From Acidobacteriota bacterium (lineage in GTDB: Bacteria > Acidobacteriota > Thermoanaerobaculia > Gp7-AA8): a DNA stretch of 64,000 nucleotides. The stretch covers positions 3,991 to 67,990 of the forward strand of contig JAJXWV010000078.1 in NCBI GenBank assembly GCA_021781455.1, written 5' to 3'. How positions within the stretch are numbered: the first letter of the stretch is position 1; every line of letters starts with the position of its first letter. Shown here piece by piece: positions 18,009-27,081 of this stretch. The notes below the pieces were generated by a model. It worked only from the letters and a program-made list of their open reading frames with translations. It did no database searches and was not told the DNA's origin. The translations under genes and the position numbers were made by a program.

Positions 18009-20324
18009 ATGACCGAAGAAACAAGCAGGAAGACCCGCCCCGAGACGCTGACCGTCGGGATCGCGGGATCGAGGCTCACCACGACGCAGCGGGAAGTCCC
18101 AGCCAACGATCCGCCACCGCTGCCGCCTAACAGCGATCTCCACGTCGTCGGCAAGCGCGTTCCGCGCATCGACGGCGCCCGCATCGTCACCGGCGCGGCC
18201 CGATACACAGCCGACATCCGGCTGCCGGGCATGCTCTACGCGCGGATGATCACCTCGCCGCATCCGCACGCGCGCATCGCCTCGATCGACACCGCGGCCG
18301 CTGCGGCCTGTCCTGGAGTGCGCGCCGTGCACGTGCTCGATCGCTACGAGAAGGATCCCATCGTCCGTTATGCCGGACAGCCGGTCGCCGCCGTCGCTGC
18401 CGTCTCGCAGGCGGCGGCCGACGAGGCCGCGCGCCTGGTGCGGATCGCCTGGGAGCCGCTCCCCTTCGTCGTCGACGTCGAGTCTGCACGCGCCGCCGAT
18501 GCTCCGCTCGTCTATCCGCCGAATCCCGACGACAAGGTGCCGCGCAAGGGCAATGTCCGCGGTCCGGTGAAGCGAGGACCGCGCGGCAAGCCCGCCGGAG
18601 ACGCCCTCGACGCTCTCGCCAATTCCCCCGTCGTCGTCGACCACACCTATCGCACGCAGGTCCAGACGCACGCCACGCTCGAGACTCACGGCGTCGTCGC
18701 CGACTGGCAGCCCGGCTCCGCGATCGTCTACGCATCCACGCAGGCCACGGTCGCCTTTCGCGACGAGCTCGCCGAGGTGTTCGGAATCCCCAAGGCCCGC
18801 ATCCGCATCATCACCGAGTACATGGGCGGCGGCTTCGGCTCGAAGCTCGGAATGGGACCGTATGGCGTGCTCGCCCTTCATCTCTCGAAAAAGGCGGGCA
18901 GGCCGGTCCGCCTGATGCTCGATCGGCGCGAGGAGCAGCGCTGCACCGGCAACCGCCCCAGCTCCGTCCAGCACCTCCGCCTCGGCGCAACCAGAGACGG
19001 CAAGCTGACGGCCATTCACCTGTCGAGTTACGGCACCGGCGGCGTGGGCGGCGGCGCCGGCAGCGCCGGCCCCGCGCAGAACATGTACGACTGCCCGAAC
19101 GTCGAGACCGAAGAAGCGGACGTGTTCACGCACGCCGGCCCGTCGGCGGCCATGCGCGCTCCCGGCCATCCGCAGGGTTGCTTCGCGCTCGAACAGTCGA
19201 TCGATGCAGTGGCCGAGAAGCTCGGCATCGACCCTCTGCGACTGCGCGACCTCAACGACAGCAACGCCGCCCGCCGCGAGGAACGGCGCATCGGCGCCGA
19301 GATGATCGGCTGGTCTGCCCGCCACAAGCCGGGCGCCGACAAGGGAACCATCCGGCGCGGCATCGGCGCCGCGCAGTCGATCTGGTACCGCTTCGTGCGG
19401 CTCGACTCCGCCTGCGAAGTGCGGCTGGACCGCGAAGGGTCGGTGGAGATCGTCAGCGCCGTCCAGGACATCGGCACCGGCATCCGTACCGTCCTCGCGC
19501 AGGTCGTGGCCGAAGAGCTGGGCATCGATCCGCGCGGGGTCATCGTCAGGATCGGCGACACCTCCTTCCCCGCCGGACCCTCGTCGGGCGGCAGCCTGAC
19601 CACGGGCTCGATCACGCCCCCGGCGCGCAACGCCGCTCACGGCGTGCGCACGCAACTCCTCGAGGTCGCCGCTCCGCTGCTGAAGGCGGATCCTGCCCAT
19701 CTCGACCTGCGCGAAGGACGCGTGGTGGTCAAGAGCGACCCCTCGCGCAGCATCTCCCTGCGCGAGGCGGCGGCGAAGATCGGCCCCGACCAGATCGCCG
19801 TTCGCGCGCGCCGAAGCGAGGATTACGGCACCCCGCCCCTGCCGCCCGGTCAGACCTCCGGAATGGGCCTGGAGATCTACGGCGGCGTCCAGTTCGCCCA
19901 GGTGGCCGTCGACACGGGAACCGGCGCGATCAAGGTGGAGCGGGTGGTGGCGGTGCACGACTGCGCGCGTCCGATGAACCCGCTCACCATCGAGAGCCAG
20001 ATCAAGGGCGGCATCATCCAGGGAATCTCGTATGCCCTGTTCGAGGACCGCACGCTCGACGCGAACGCCGGGCTGATGGTCAATCCGAACCTGGAGATGT
20101 ACAAGATCGCCGGCTCGCGCGAAACGCCGGTCATCGACGTTCACCTGCTCGAGGAATACATCGGCCGCACTTCGACCGACGCCGGCGGCATCGGCGAGCC
20201 CGCCACGATTCCGACGGCCGCGGCCGTGGCCAACGCCGTCCACAACGCCCTCGGCGTGCGCATGCTGGAGCTGCCGATGACCCCTGACCGCGTGCTCAGT
20301 GCACTGCGCACCGTGAGGAGCTGA
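18009..20324 (+). CDS. Molybdenum hydroxylase large molybdopterin-binding subunit
   Basis: 771 aa with N-terminal a/b-hammerhead and MoCo-binding regions typical of the XDH/CoxL/PaoC family (GKRVPRIDG…, GGGFGSK…, catalytic Glu region …DCARPMNPL…). Confidence 0.85.
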   Translation: MTEETSRKTRPETLTVGIAGSRLTTTQREVPANDPPPLPPNSDLHVVGKRVPRIDGARIVTGAARYTADIRLPGMLYARMITSPHPHARIASIDTAAAAACPGVRAVHVLDRYEKDPIVRYAGQPVAAVAAVSQAAADEAARLVRIAWEPLPFVVDVESARAADAPLVYPPNPDDKVPRKGNVRGPVKRGPRGKPAGDALDALANSPVVVDHTYRTQVQTHATLETHGVVADWQPGSAIVYASTQATVAFRDELAEVFGIPKARIRIITEYMGGGFGSKLGMGPYGVLALHLSKKAGRPVRLMLDRREEQRCTGNRPSSVQHLRLGATRDGKLTAIHLSSYGTGGVGGGAGSAGPAQNMYDCPNVETEEADVFTHAGPSAAMRAPGHPQGCFALEQSIDAVAEKLGIDPLRLRDLNDSNAARREERRIGAEMIGWSARHKPGADKGTIRRGIGAAQSIWYRFVRLDSACEVRLDREGSVEIVSAVQDIGTGIRTVLAQVVAEELGIDPRGVIVRIGDTSFPAGPSSGGSLTTGSITPPARNAAHGVRTQLLEVAAPLLKADPAHLDLREGRVVVKSDPSRSISLREAAAKIGPDQIAVRARRSEDYGTPPLPPGQTSGMGLEIYGGVQFAQVAVDTGTGAIKVERVVAVHDCARPMNPLTIESQIKGGIIQGISYALFEDRTLDANAGLMVNPNLEMYKIAGSRETPVIDVHLLEEYIGRTSTDAGGIGEPATIPTAAAVANAVHNALGVRMLELPMTPDRVLSALRTVRS

Positions 20325-20326
20325 CC

Positions 20327-21295
20327 ATGGATCGCTTCGAATACGTGAGCGCAACGACGGTGGCCGAGGCTCTGGCCCAGCTCGGTGAAGGACGCCAGGT
20401 GAAAGCCGGCGGGATCGACCTGCTGGACCGGATGAAGGAAGGCCTCTCCTCGCCGAAGCGGATAGTCAACATACGTACTATCTCGGAATTGGACGGCGTG
20501 GAGATCGACGCCTCCGGCCTGACGATCGGGCCGACCACCACCCTGGCCACCGTGGCCGCGCATGAGCCGCTCCGCGATTCGTATCGGGCCATCGCCGATG
20601 CGGCGCGCGCCGCCGCCACGCCCCAGATCCGCAATGTGGCCACGGCAGGGGGCAACCTGCTGCAGCGGCCGCGCTGCTGGTACTTCCGCGAACGCGATTT
20701 CGATTGCCTGCGCAAGGGCGGCCAGGGATGCTTCGCGCAGGACGGAGCGAACCGCTATCACGCCATCTTCGGCAACGACCTCTGCGCGATGGTGCATCCG
20801 TCCGACCTCGCCGTTCCTCTGACCGCCTTTGACGCCGTTCTCGACCTGACCAGCGCCAAAGGAACGCGAAAGGTTCCGATCTCCACGTTCTACGTCGGGC
20901 CGGAGACCGATCCCACGCGCGAGACCGACCTGCACCGCGACGAGCTCCTGACGGCCATCCGCGTCCCGGCACCACCGCCCGGCACCCGCTCCGCCTACTT
21001 CAAACAGAAGGAAAAGGAGAGCGCCGATTGGCCGCTCGCCGGCGTGGCGGTGGCGCTGCAGATTTCCAGCGGAGTCGTCCAGCGCGCCTCGGTCGTCCTC
21101 GGCGCGGTGGCCGCCACTCCCTGGAGATCGAAACCCGCCGAAGCCGCGCTGACCGGGCGCGCCATCGACGAGGCCGCGGCGAGGCGCGCCGCAGCAGCGG
21201 CTGTCGCGGATGCGAAACCGCTCGCCTGGAACGGATACAAAGTCGCGGTCCTCGAGACCATCATCCGCAGAACCATCCTGGAGGCGGCATCGTGA
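20327..21295 (+). CDS. Molybdenum hydroxylase FAD-binding (medium) subunit
   Basis: CoxM/XdhB-like FAD-binding domain (…AGGNLLQRPRCWYFRE…) followed by a CO-dehydrogenase-flavoprotein C-terminal-like domain. 3 bp after the large-subunit stop. Confidence 0.8.
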   Translation: MDRFEYVSATTVAEALAQLGEGRQVKAGGIDLLDRMKEGLSSPKRIVNIRTISELDGVEIDASGLTIGPTTTLATVAAHEPLRDSYRAIADAARAAATPQIRNVATAGGNLLQRPRCWYFRERDFDCLRKGGQGCFAQDGANRYHAIFGNDLCAMVHPSDLAVPLTAFDAVLDLTSAKGTRKVPISTFYVGPETDPTRETDLHRDELLTAIRVPAPPPGTRSAYFKQKEKESADWPLAGVAVALQISSGVVQRASVVLGAVAATPWRSKPAEAALTGRAIDEAAARRAAAAAVADAKPLAWNGYKVAVLETIIRRTILEAAS

Positions 21296-21498
21296 GTGAA
21301 CCTGTCTGTCGTCTGCTGCGCACGAAGAGCGAGCAACCCCTGCCGTCGGGCGATGAATGGCTTCCGTGGACGAGCGGCGAATCGTCGACGGCCACGTACT
21401 GGTGCCTGGCGACCATGGAGGCGGCCGGTCCCGACGGCGAATTCGCGCACCCGCACGTCTGCGCCATGAAGCGCGCCTGTTTCGAGCGCAAGGAGTGA
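21289..21498 (+). CDS. Small Cys-rich protein translationally coupled to the hydroxylase operon (GTG start overlapping the upstream stop)
   Basis: VSEPVCRLLRTKSEQPLPSGDEWLPWTSGESSTATYWCLATMEAAGPDGEFAHPHVCAMKRACFERKE. It has 4-5 Cys/His in a CxxL…WCL…HxHVC…AC arrangement. No recognised family. Confidence 0.3.
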   Translation: MVSEPVCRLLRTKSEQPLPSGDEWLPWTSGESSTATYWCLATMEAAGPDGEFAHPHVCAMKRACFERKE

Positions 21499-21507
21499 AT
21501 CACCCGA

Positions 21508-21584
21508 TCTGAGATTTGAGATTGATGATTGATGAACCGAAGCGGATTTTGGACTTCGGTTCATCAATCATCAATCTCAAATCA
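21508..21584. repeat. ~75-bp perfect palindromic element (GAGATTGATGATTGATGAACCGAAG … CTTCGGTTCATCAATCATCAATCTC)
   Basis: Read directly. A second copy of the same arms is at 51121-51187. Confidence 0.75.
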
Positions 21585-21692
21585 CAAATCCGACGGCGCC
21601 GTCTGCGTTACCATTTCTGCGGGCACACGCGTGTCGTCATCACGCGCGAACAACTGGCCCGCACCATCGAGCAGAGCTGTAAGGAGGCAATG

Positions 21693-21758
21693 ATGGCCAA
21701 AGGCACCAGTCAGCATAAGGAAAAGAAGAAACCGAAAAAGGACCCCAAGAAGAAGTAG
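21693..21758 (+). CDS. Candidate 21-aa Lys-rich peptide (MAKGTSQHKEKKKPKKDPKKK) after a strong SD
   Basis: TAAGGAGG lies 5 nt upstream of the second ATG. The ORF is short and could be incidental. Confidence 0.25.
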   Translation: MAKGTSQHKEKKKPKKDPKKK

Positions 21759-21831
21759 CCCGCCACGCCGCCGCGCGGAGACATCCCGGCCGTGTCCAGC
21801 CGGGCCCGCGCGGCGGCGGCTCCACTCCCCC

Positions 21832-22020
21832 ATGCCTGCAACTCTCCCCATGAGCTGTCCCTACTGCGGGGAGCTCGTCGAACTGGGCATCGATGAAGAC
21901 GGCGGGAGCCGTCAGGAATTCGTGCAGGACTGTCCGGTATGCTGCCAGCCGTGGCAGGTCGCGGTCAGGCGCGACGCCGACGGCGTCTGGAGCGCCTCGC
22001 TCCGGACCGCCGACGAGTAG
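21832..22020 (+). CDS. Cysteine-rich CPxCG-family small protein
   Basis: CPYCGE…DCPVCCQPW matches the CPXCG zinc-ribbon-like small protein family. Confidence 0.6.
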   Translation: MPATLPMSCPYCGELVELGIDEDGGSRQEFVQDCPVCCQPWQVAVRRDADGVWSASLRTADE

Positions 22021-22094
22021 ACCTGACCGATTCGAGCAGGAGCAACGATGAGCTCACGGCGGCTCGTCCGATGAAGTGACCGCTGCGGTCGCGC

Positions 22095-22919
22095 TCAAGG
22101 CGGCGCGACGAGCTGCAGGCGCGACCGCACGATCTGCTGCCAGCGTGAGCGCTGATTCATCGGATCGCCGGCTGCGATCAGAGGAGTGAGTCCATCGCGG
22201 CGAAGGATCGACTGGTGGCGCGCCAGTTCGGCTTCGAGGTCGCTGGCGGACCGCAACGGATGGGTCCGAACCTCAGGATCGAACAGTCGCTCGAGAAGGG
22301 CGACGGCCTTCTGCAGCGCCCGCGTACGCCACAGCGGCGTCGCAGCCACGGTGGCGACCTCGACGAGCTCGGCGTCGTCGATCGTCCACGAGCGGAACTT
22401 CGCCAGGATCGGGCCGAACGACAGCGCCGCGTCGAGGTTCCCGACGAGGTCCAGCCAGATGCCCGACGGATGGACGAACGTGTCAACGCAGCGCCGGCTC
22501 CCTTGTGACGCATCCGAGCAGTCGCGCATCAGCAGAGTAAAGCCGAGGTCGGTGGCCGCGGCGCGGTAGGGAGCAAGCTTCGCGCACATCAGGGCCGCGC
22601 CGTTGTTGCGGCACAGGGCCGCGCGATCAGGGCCGTTGGCCCGGCCTTCGATGTCTTTCGGAAGTGCGCTCATGACGCCGGTCGCAACCTCTGTGGCAAA
22701 TATTGGCTCCCATCCTATTGATGTCAATGCAATAAGGAACAGGCGGCACCGCCGCCGTAGAAATTGAGGGTACGGAGTGCCCGGCATACCAGGGTCATCT
22801 GTCGCGCGCTTGGTGTGCACGGCGCGACTCCGGCGGGCGGACGCCGGCCTGACAGGCTCAGCAGATCGCGGCGGCGGCGCCTCCGACGCCTCGCAACGAG
22901 CGCGACAGCATGACACCAC
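22095..22919 (-). CDS. Hypothetical protein (start uncertain; likely begins near MSALPKD, ~22700)
   Basis: Good coding composition in the C-terminal ~200 aa. No recognisable domain. Confidence 0.4.
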   Translation of the reverse strand: MVSCCRARCEASEAPPPRSAEPVRPASARRSRAVHTKRATDDPGMPGTPYPQFLRRRCRLFLIALTSIGWEPIFATEVATGVMSALPKDIEGRANGPDRAALCRNNGAALMCAKLAPYRAAATDLGFTLLMRDCSDASQGSRRCVDTFVHPSGIWLDLVGNLDAALSFGPILAKFRSWTIDDAELVEVATVAATPLWRTRALQKAVALLERLFDPEVRTHPLRSASDLEAELARHQSILRRDGLTPLIAAGDPMNQRSRWQQIVRSRLQLVAPP

Positions 22920-23001
22920 GTAAGATGCTTATTAGAAATGACTTACATGGGCAGTAGCCTGGTATCCCCTTCGCAATGACTCATGCCAGGAGGTCAGGAC
23001 A

Positions 23002-23286
23002 ATGACATCAGGAATCATGCATAAGATTGGTGCTGTCGTGCTCAGCTCGAGCCTGTTGCTGACGGCCGGAAGCGCATTCGCAAACCAGTGGTCGAAGCCG
23101 CATAGCCGTACCCGCGGCGCGGTCATCGGCGCAGCGGCCGGCGCAGTGCTCGGCCCTCCCGGGATGATCGCCGGCGCCGCGATCGGCAACGGCGTCCAGG
23201 CCGCGCGTCACTCGCAGGCTAAACATCACACGTATCGAACCGCGAGGCGCCACTACCGGCATTACCGGCGTCACCGGTCGTACTGA
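23002..23286 (+). CDS. Small secreted glycine-zipper protein with His/Arg/Tyr-rich C-terminal tail
   Basis: Signal peptide (…LLLTAGSAFA). Glycine-zipper segment GAVIGAAAGAVLGPPGMIAGAAIGNG. Tail HHTYRTARRHYRHYRRHRSY. AGGAGG RBS. Confidence 0.6.
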   Translation: MTSGIMHKIGAVVLSSSLLLTAGSAFANQWSKPHSRTRGAVIGAAAGAVLGPPGMIAGAAIGNGVQAARHSQAKHHTYRTARRHYRHYRRHRSY

Positions 23287-23307
23287 CGTGACTTCGTGAA
23301 CGCATTC

Positions 23308-23346
23308 AGCGGCCGGCGCGCCACAGCGCCGGCCGCTTTTTTTTGC
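23308..23346 (+). terminator. Rho-independent terminator (GCCGGCGCGCCACAGCGCCGGCCGC + T8)
   Basis: GC-rich hairpin followed by TTTTTTTT, directly after the 23002-23286 gene. Confidence 0.75.
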
Positions 23347-23659
23347 GCGGAGACGGACTACATCATCACGCCGCCGACCTTCCAACGCCTTGGCGTTCGG
23401 GCCATCGAGACCCAAAAACACGCTCAGGAAGCGCCGATGCCTCGCTGGCGCCAAGGGTCTCAGCCGCTGGCGGAAAGCATTCCCCGGGAAACGTTTCGCG
23501 CCGGCCAGTCAATCCGGCGCTCAGGACATGAACCCGCGGACGGTCCGTTTGTAAAGGGACAGCATTCCCGTCCCGCCGCGCTGAACGGATGAGCTCCGCT
23601 CGGCGCCGTGCCCGCGGTTCTGGACGGGATTACAATCGCATCGCACGACGGAGGATCTC

Positions 23660-24265
23660 ATGGTGTCGAAACGCGTGTTGGCCGCCCTGTTTCTCTCGCA
23701 AGCGATCGCCGCGGTCGCCTTCGCCCAGAGTGCGGTAACGCCGGCGAGCGCGCCGGACGCCGCTGTCGCCGCTCCCGACGAGTTCGGCCGCGTCTCGGGC
23801 GGAGAGCTCAATGTCATCACGAAGCACAGCGACCGGTTTTCGGGCTCTTTCGGCATCGGGATGTCGAGATCGCAGATGCCGTTCGCGACCGGCACCAGCG
23901 GATCGTTGAACCGCTACAACGCCACTCTGGGCGGCACGATCGTCCCCGACCGGGCCTGGTTCTTCGCCTCCGCGGAGAAGAGCAATTCGCTGTTCTCCCC
24001 TCCCTTCGCCTCGGCGCTCCCTCAGAGCATGAGAGCGGACACTCGCCGGATCGATACCAACATGAGCGCGCAGATCGGCGACCGGCAGAGCCTCGCCGCT
24101 TCGTTTGCTTCGGGACAGTATCCCGGCGTCACGACCGCCACTCTCCCTACGTCATTCATGTCACTGCACTACACGGGTGTCGTTTCGCCCAACAGTTTCT
24201 TCAGCGCGACGTTCTCCCGTACCAGCGGCGCGCAGCAGGAGATCTTCGCCATTCCCCCGCGATAG
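23660..24265 (+). CDS. Secreted protein resembling only the N-terminal part of a large outer-membrane (TonB-receptor-like) protein; possibly a truncated remnant
   Basis: Signal peptide MVSKRVLAALFLSQAIAAVAFAQ. The segment RYNATLGGTIVPDRAWFFASAEKSN resembles plug/N-terminal segments of large OM barrels. Only 201 aa. Confidence 0.35.
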   Translation: MVSKRVLAALFLSQAIAAVAFAQSAVTPASAPDAAVAAPDEFGRVSGGELNVITKHSDRFSGSFGIGMSRSQMPFATGTSGSLNRYNATLGGTIVPDRAWFFASAEKSNSLFSPPFASALPQSMRADTRRIDTNMSAQIGDRQSLAASFASGQYPGVTTATLPTSFMSLHYTGVVSPNSFFSATFSRTSGAQQEIFAIPPR

Positions 24266-24276
24266 AGCTCCGAACC

Positions 24277-24340
24277 ACAGGGGCACAGAGCGAACAGAGG
24301 ACTCAGCGATTTCTCTGTGTGCTCTGTGCCTCTGTGGTTG
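24277..24340. terminator. Near-perfect 25-bp inverted repeat hairpin (CCACAGGGGCACAGAGCGAACAGAG / CTCTGTGTGCTCTGTGCCTCTGTGG) just after the stop codon
   Basis: Read directly; 2-3 mismatches between arms. Confidence 0.5.
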
Positions 24341-24488
24341 ATTGTCGTCTCGCGATCTCCTCATCCGCAGACATGCCGCGTGTGACGAAACCGTGTCCCC
24401 TTCAACAGAATCGCGGTCCCGTCGTTCTTCGCTATGAGGCCCGGGGTGTGCTCGCGAAACATCGACACGCCGCCGGCGTCTTAACGAC

Positions 24489-25241
24489 ATGTCCAGATCC
24501 CTCTTCGTGAAAAAGCTATCCGTGCTCGGGGTCGCCCTGCTCCTCGCACTGCCGGCGTTCGCCCAGTCAAGGCGCGGAGTCGGGCAACGAAGCCGGTCGG
24601 CACCGGGAACGGGCGACCCGGAGTCGGATCTAGCTCCGTGGCTGTACATCGAGAAGGGAGCGACGCTGCCGATCACCACGCCGCTCGTCCTCTACTGGCT
24701 TCCGGCCTCGAGCGAAGAGATGGAGCGCTCTCCACTGCTGACCTCGCGCGCTCTCATCGCAGATTCCGCGAGCTGCGTCGCGCTCGAGGCGGTCGTTCCG
24801 GACAACGAGGCCATGGCCGCGAAGCTCGGCGCGGCAGGCAGGCTGCCGATGGCCGTCCTGACCGACCGACATGGCAACGTGGTCCGGCGCGTGGAGAACG
24901 TGGGAGGCGCTCTCCGCCAGCCCGCAGTCGAGCAGATGGTGGCGGACGAGCTCAGCGCCCGCAATGAAGCGATGTACCACGACATCACCGAGGCCAGACG
25001 TCGAGCCGGCACCGGCAACAAGCAGGGCGCCATCGACCGCTACCAGAAGATCTGGGACGACCGCTGCCTCTTCCCGCTGGCGGGAGAGGAGGCGAAGAAG
25101 GCCTTGAAGGCACTCGGTGTCGTCGTTCAGGAACCGGCCGCCACCCTCGCCAGCGATCCGTACCTCAACGCTCCTCCCTCCGCGCTTCCAGAATCGAAGC
25201 AAGCTCCCGGCAAGTCCAGGAATCCGCCCGGGTCGCAATAG
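24489..25241 (+). CDS. Secreted hypothetical protein
   Basis: Signal peptide MSRSLFVKKLSVLGVALLLALPAFAQ. Coding-like composition. No recognised domain. Confidence 0.5.
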   Translation: MSRSLFVKKLSVLGVALLLALPAFAQSRRGVGQRSRSAPGTGDPESDLAPWLYIEKGATLPITTPLVLYWLPASSEEMERSPLLTSRALIADSASCVALEAVVPDNEAMAAKLGAAGRLPMAVLTDRHGNVVRRVENVGGALRQPAVEQMVADELSARNEAMYHDITEARRRAGTGNKQGAIDRYQKIWDDRCLFPLAGEEAKKALKALGVVVQEPAATLASDPYLNAPPSALPESKQAPGKSRNPPGSQ

Positions 25242-25283
25242 ACGATCGAAAACCCGGGGCATCAGGAGACGCAGAAACCCTCC

Positions 25284-25529
25284 ATGCCGCCCGCTCCGCA
25301 GACCTCGGCGCGCACGCTCGTCGCGTTCTTCGCGCTGACGTTCGCGGTCACCTGGTCGTTTTTCATCACCGCCGGAACGCTGACAGGGCTCATTCCCGGA
25401 GCGCTCCGGATGCTCGTGATCATGCTGGGAGTGTTCACTCCCGCGATGGTCGCGCTCCTGTTCACCGCGCGGGCCGAGGGATCGACGGGAGTGCTGGCCC
25501 TGCTCGGCCGCAGGGCTGTGACGATCTGA
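25284..25529 (+). CDS. Small hydrophobic membrane protein (2 predicted TM helices), unknown function
   Basis: 81 aa, hydrophobic. Could be a gene fragment. Confidence 0.3.
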   Translation: MPPAPQTSARTLVAFFALTFAVTWSFFITAGTLTGLIPGALRMLVIMLGVFTPAMVALLFTARAEGSTGVLALLGRRAVTI

Positions 25530-25610
25530 TGGCGCTCGTGATCCCGGTCACGGAATGCGGCGGATTCGCGCCCTAGGTTGCTGCGCAAAGCACAATCCGG
25601 CCAGGAGGCA

Positions 25611-25645
25611 CAAAAAAGGGGGCGTACCGCCCCCTTTTCTTTTAT
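25611..25645. terminator. Bidirectional intrinsic terminator (A5-GGGGGCG-TAC-CGCCCCC-T4CT4)
   Basis: aaaaagggggcgtaccgcccccttttctttt read directly. Confidence 0.7.
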
Positions 25646-25712
25646 CCCCGTGACGACGCGCGTGTGCGTGTCGCGTTCCGACGACCCAGTCAACCAAGGA
25701 GGTCTTTTGCCC

Positions 25713-26969
25713 ATGCGTAGAGGATTCACGATTCCGTCAACGGGAGGAAACCATCTCAGTAACAAGCGCCCCGCGGCAGGCCGCTGTTCGGGCCAGGACG
25801 GCTTCACGCTGGTCGAGCTGCTGGTGGTCATCGCCGTCATCGCCATCCTGATCGGGCTGCTGCTGCCGGCGGTGCAGAAGGTACGCGAGGCGGCCAACCG
25901 CGCCGGCTGCTCGAACAACCTGCGCACCATCGCGAACGCCGAGATGAAGTACTTCGCGACGCATCGCACGTATGCCAGCTCGTTCGACAGCCTCGGGCTC
26001 TCCGACCAGTTTCCGAACAATCAGAACGGCGGCTACGAGTTCGCGATCAACGGCAACGAGACGCGGTTCCTCGCCACCGGCACGCCGGCGGCTCCGGGTG
26101 TGACCGCCTCCGTCGATTGTCAGATCGATCAGGGCAATCGGGTGGTTTGCGGGCCGAATCCGAAATCCGACATGGGCCGCCGCCGGATGTTCGCGGCCGT
26201 CAACAGCGAGGCCGCTCACAGCATTGCCATGCTGCTGGCGCAGATGCCCGATGCTCTGAAGCAGGTCGTTCCCGCGCTGCAGGGCAATCACGCCGTCAGC
26301 GACGTCTTTCACCGGCTGGACCTCAACGGCGACGGCTTTGTCAGTCCCGCCGAGATCGTCAGCGCCCAGGGAGCGGACACCACCGGCGCACTCGGAGAGC
26401 TGCTGCCGGCCGTTCAGCGCGACCTGCAACTCGGCCTCGCCGGCGAAAACCTCTCGAAGCTGCCGGGCGTGAGTCTGGCCATGCTCACCTCGGCCGCGCC
26501 TAACAGCAATTCCTCGGTCAACCTCAACGGCGACCTCGGAATCGTCAGGAGCACGACTCCTCTCACCAACGGGAACGTGGTCTCTGCCATCGAGCTGGCC
26601 GGTTTCTGTGACGGCAGTGTGCGGCCCGTTGAGGGCGGCAGCAATCAGCTCAACGGCCGCAGCACTGGTTTCTTCTCTCCGCTCGCATCGGCCGATCCGA
26701 AGAATCAGTCGTGGTCGGGACCGATCACCTTTACGGCCCCGAACGGCAACATACTCGACGGCGTCCTCATCGGCCTGCTCCTGCCTGCGGTGAGGATCGG
26801 TGGTGCCGGCGGGCTGAGCGGGCTCGTGATCATCACCGACGGTACCTCGAACACTCTGCAGGGAGCGTTCGGCCCGGCAATGATCGGAGGCCTCACATCG
26901 ACGGACCCGAACTTCCAGAGCTCCTCGTTCCGCCTGAAATCGTTCGCAGTTTCGTCCGGCGGCGATTGA
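25713..26969 (+). CDS. Prepilin-type N-terminal cleavage/methylation-domain protein (DUF1559-like pseudopilin-like family)
   Basis: [34 protein letters not shown] is a class III signal/pilin N-terminal helix. The C-terminal region contains [19 protein letters not shown]. The upstream ORF-track extension is rejected. Confidence 0.75.
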   Translation: MRRGFTIPSTGGNHLSNKRPAAGRCSGQDGFTLVELLVVIAVIAILIGLLLPAVQKVREAANRAGCSNNLRTIANAEMKYFATHRTYASSFDSLGLSDQFPNNQNGGYEFAINGNETRFLATGTPAAPGVTASVDCQIDQGNRVVCGPNPKSDMGRRRMFAAVNSEAAHSIAMLLAQMPDALKQVVPALQGNHAVSDVFHRLDLNGDGFVSPAEIVSAQGADTTGALGELLPAVQRDLQLGLAGENLSKLPGVSLAMLTSAAPNSNSSVNLNGDLGIVRSTTPLTNGNVVSAIELAGFCDGSVRPVEGGSNQLNGRSTGFFSPLASADPKNQSWSGPITFTAPNGNILDGVLIGLLLPAVRIGGAGGLSGLVIITDGTSNTLQGAFGPAMIGGLTSTDPNFQSSSFRLKSFAVSSGGD

Positions 26970-27036
26970 CCGAAGCACTTGTGACGACGGACAGGCTGAG
27001 AACCTGTCGTCCACGTGTTCTTTCCGGGATTGAAGA

Positions 27037-27075
27037 CCCTTCTCCCCCGCGCGCAACGGGGGAGAAGGTGCCGGC
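27037..27075. repeat. Palindromic REP-like element CCCTTCTCCCCCGCGCGCAACGGGGGAGAAGG (same core as 2355-2566)
   Basis: Read directly. Lies between convergent genes. Confidence 0.65.
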
Positions 27076-27081
27076 AGGATT

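Noticed and set aside
17943-20354. 803-aa minus-strand ORF and 369-aa plus-strand off-frame ORF over the hydroxylase large subunit
   Set aside because: Shadow ORFs with R/G/A/D-rich translations.
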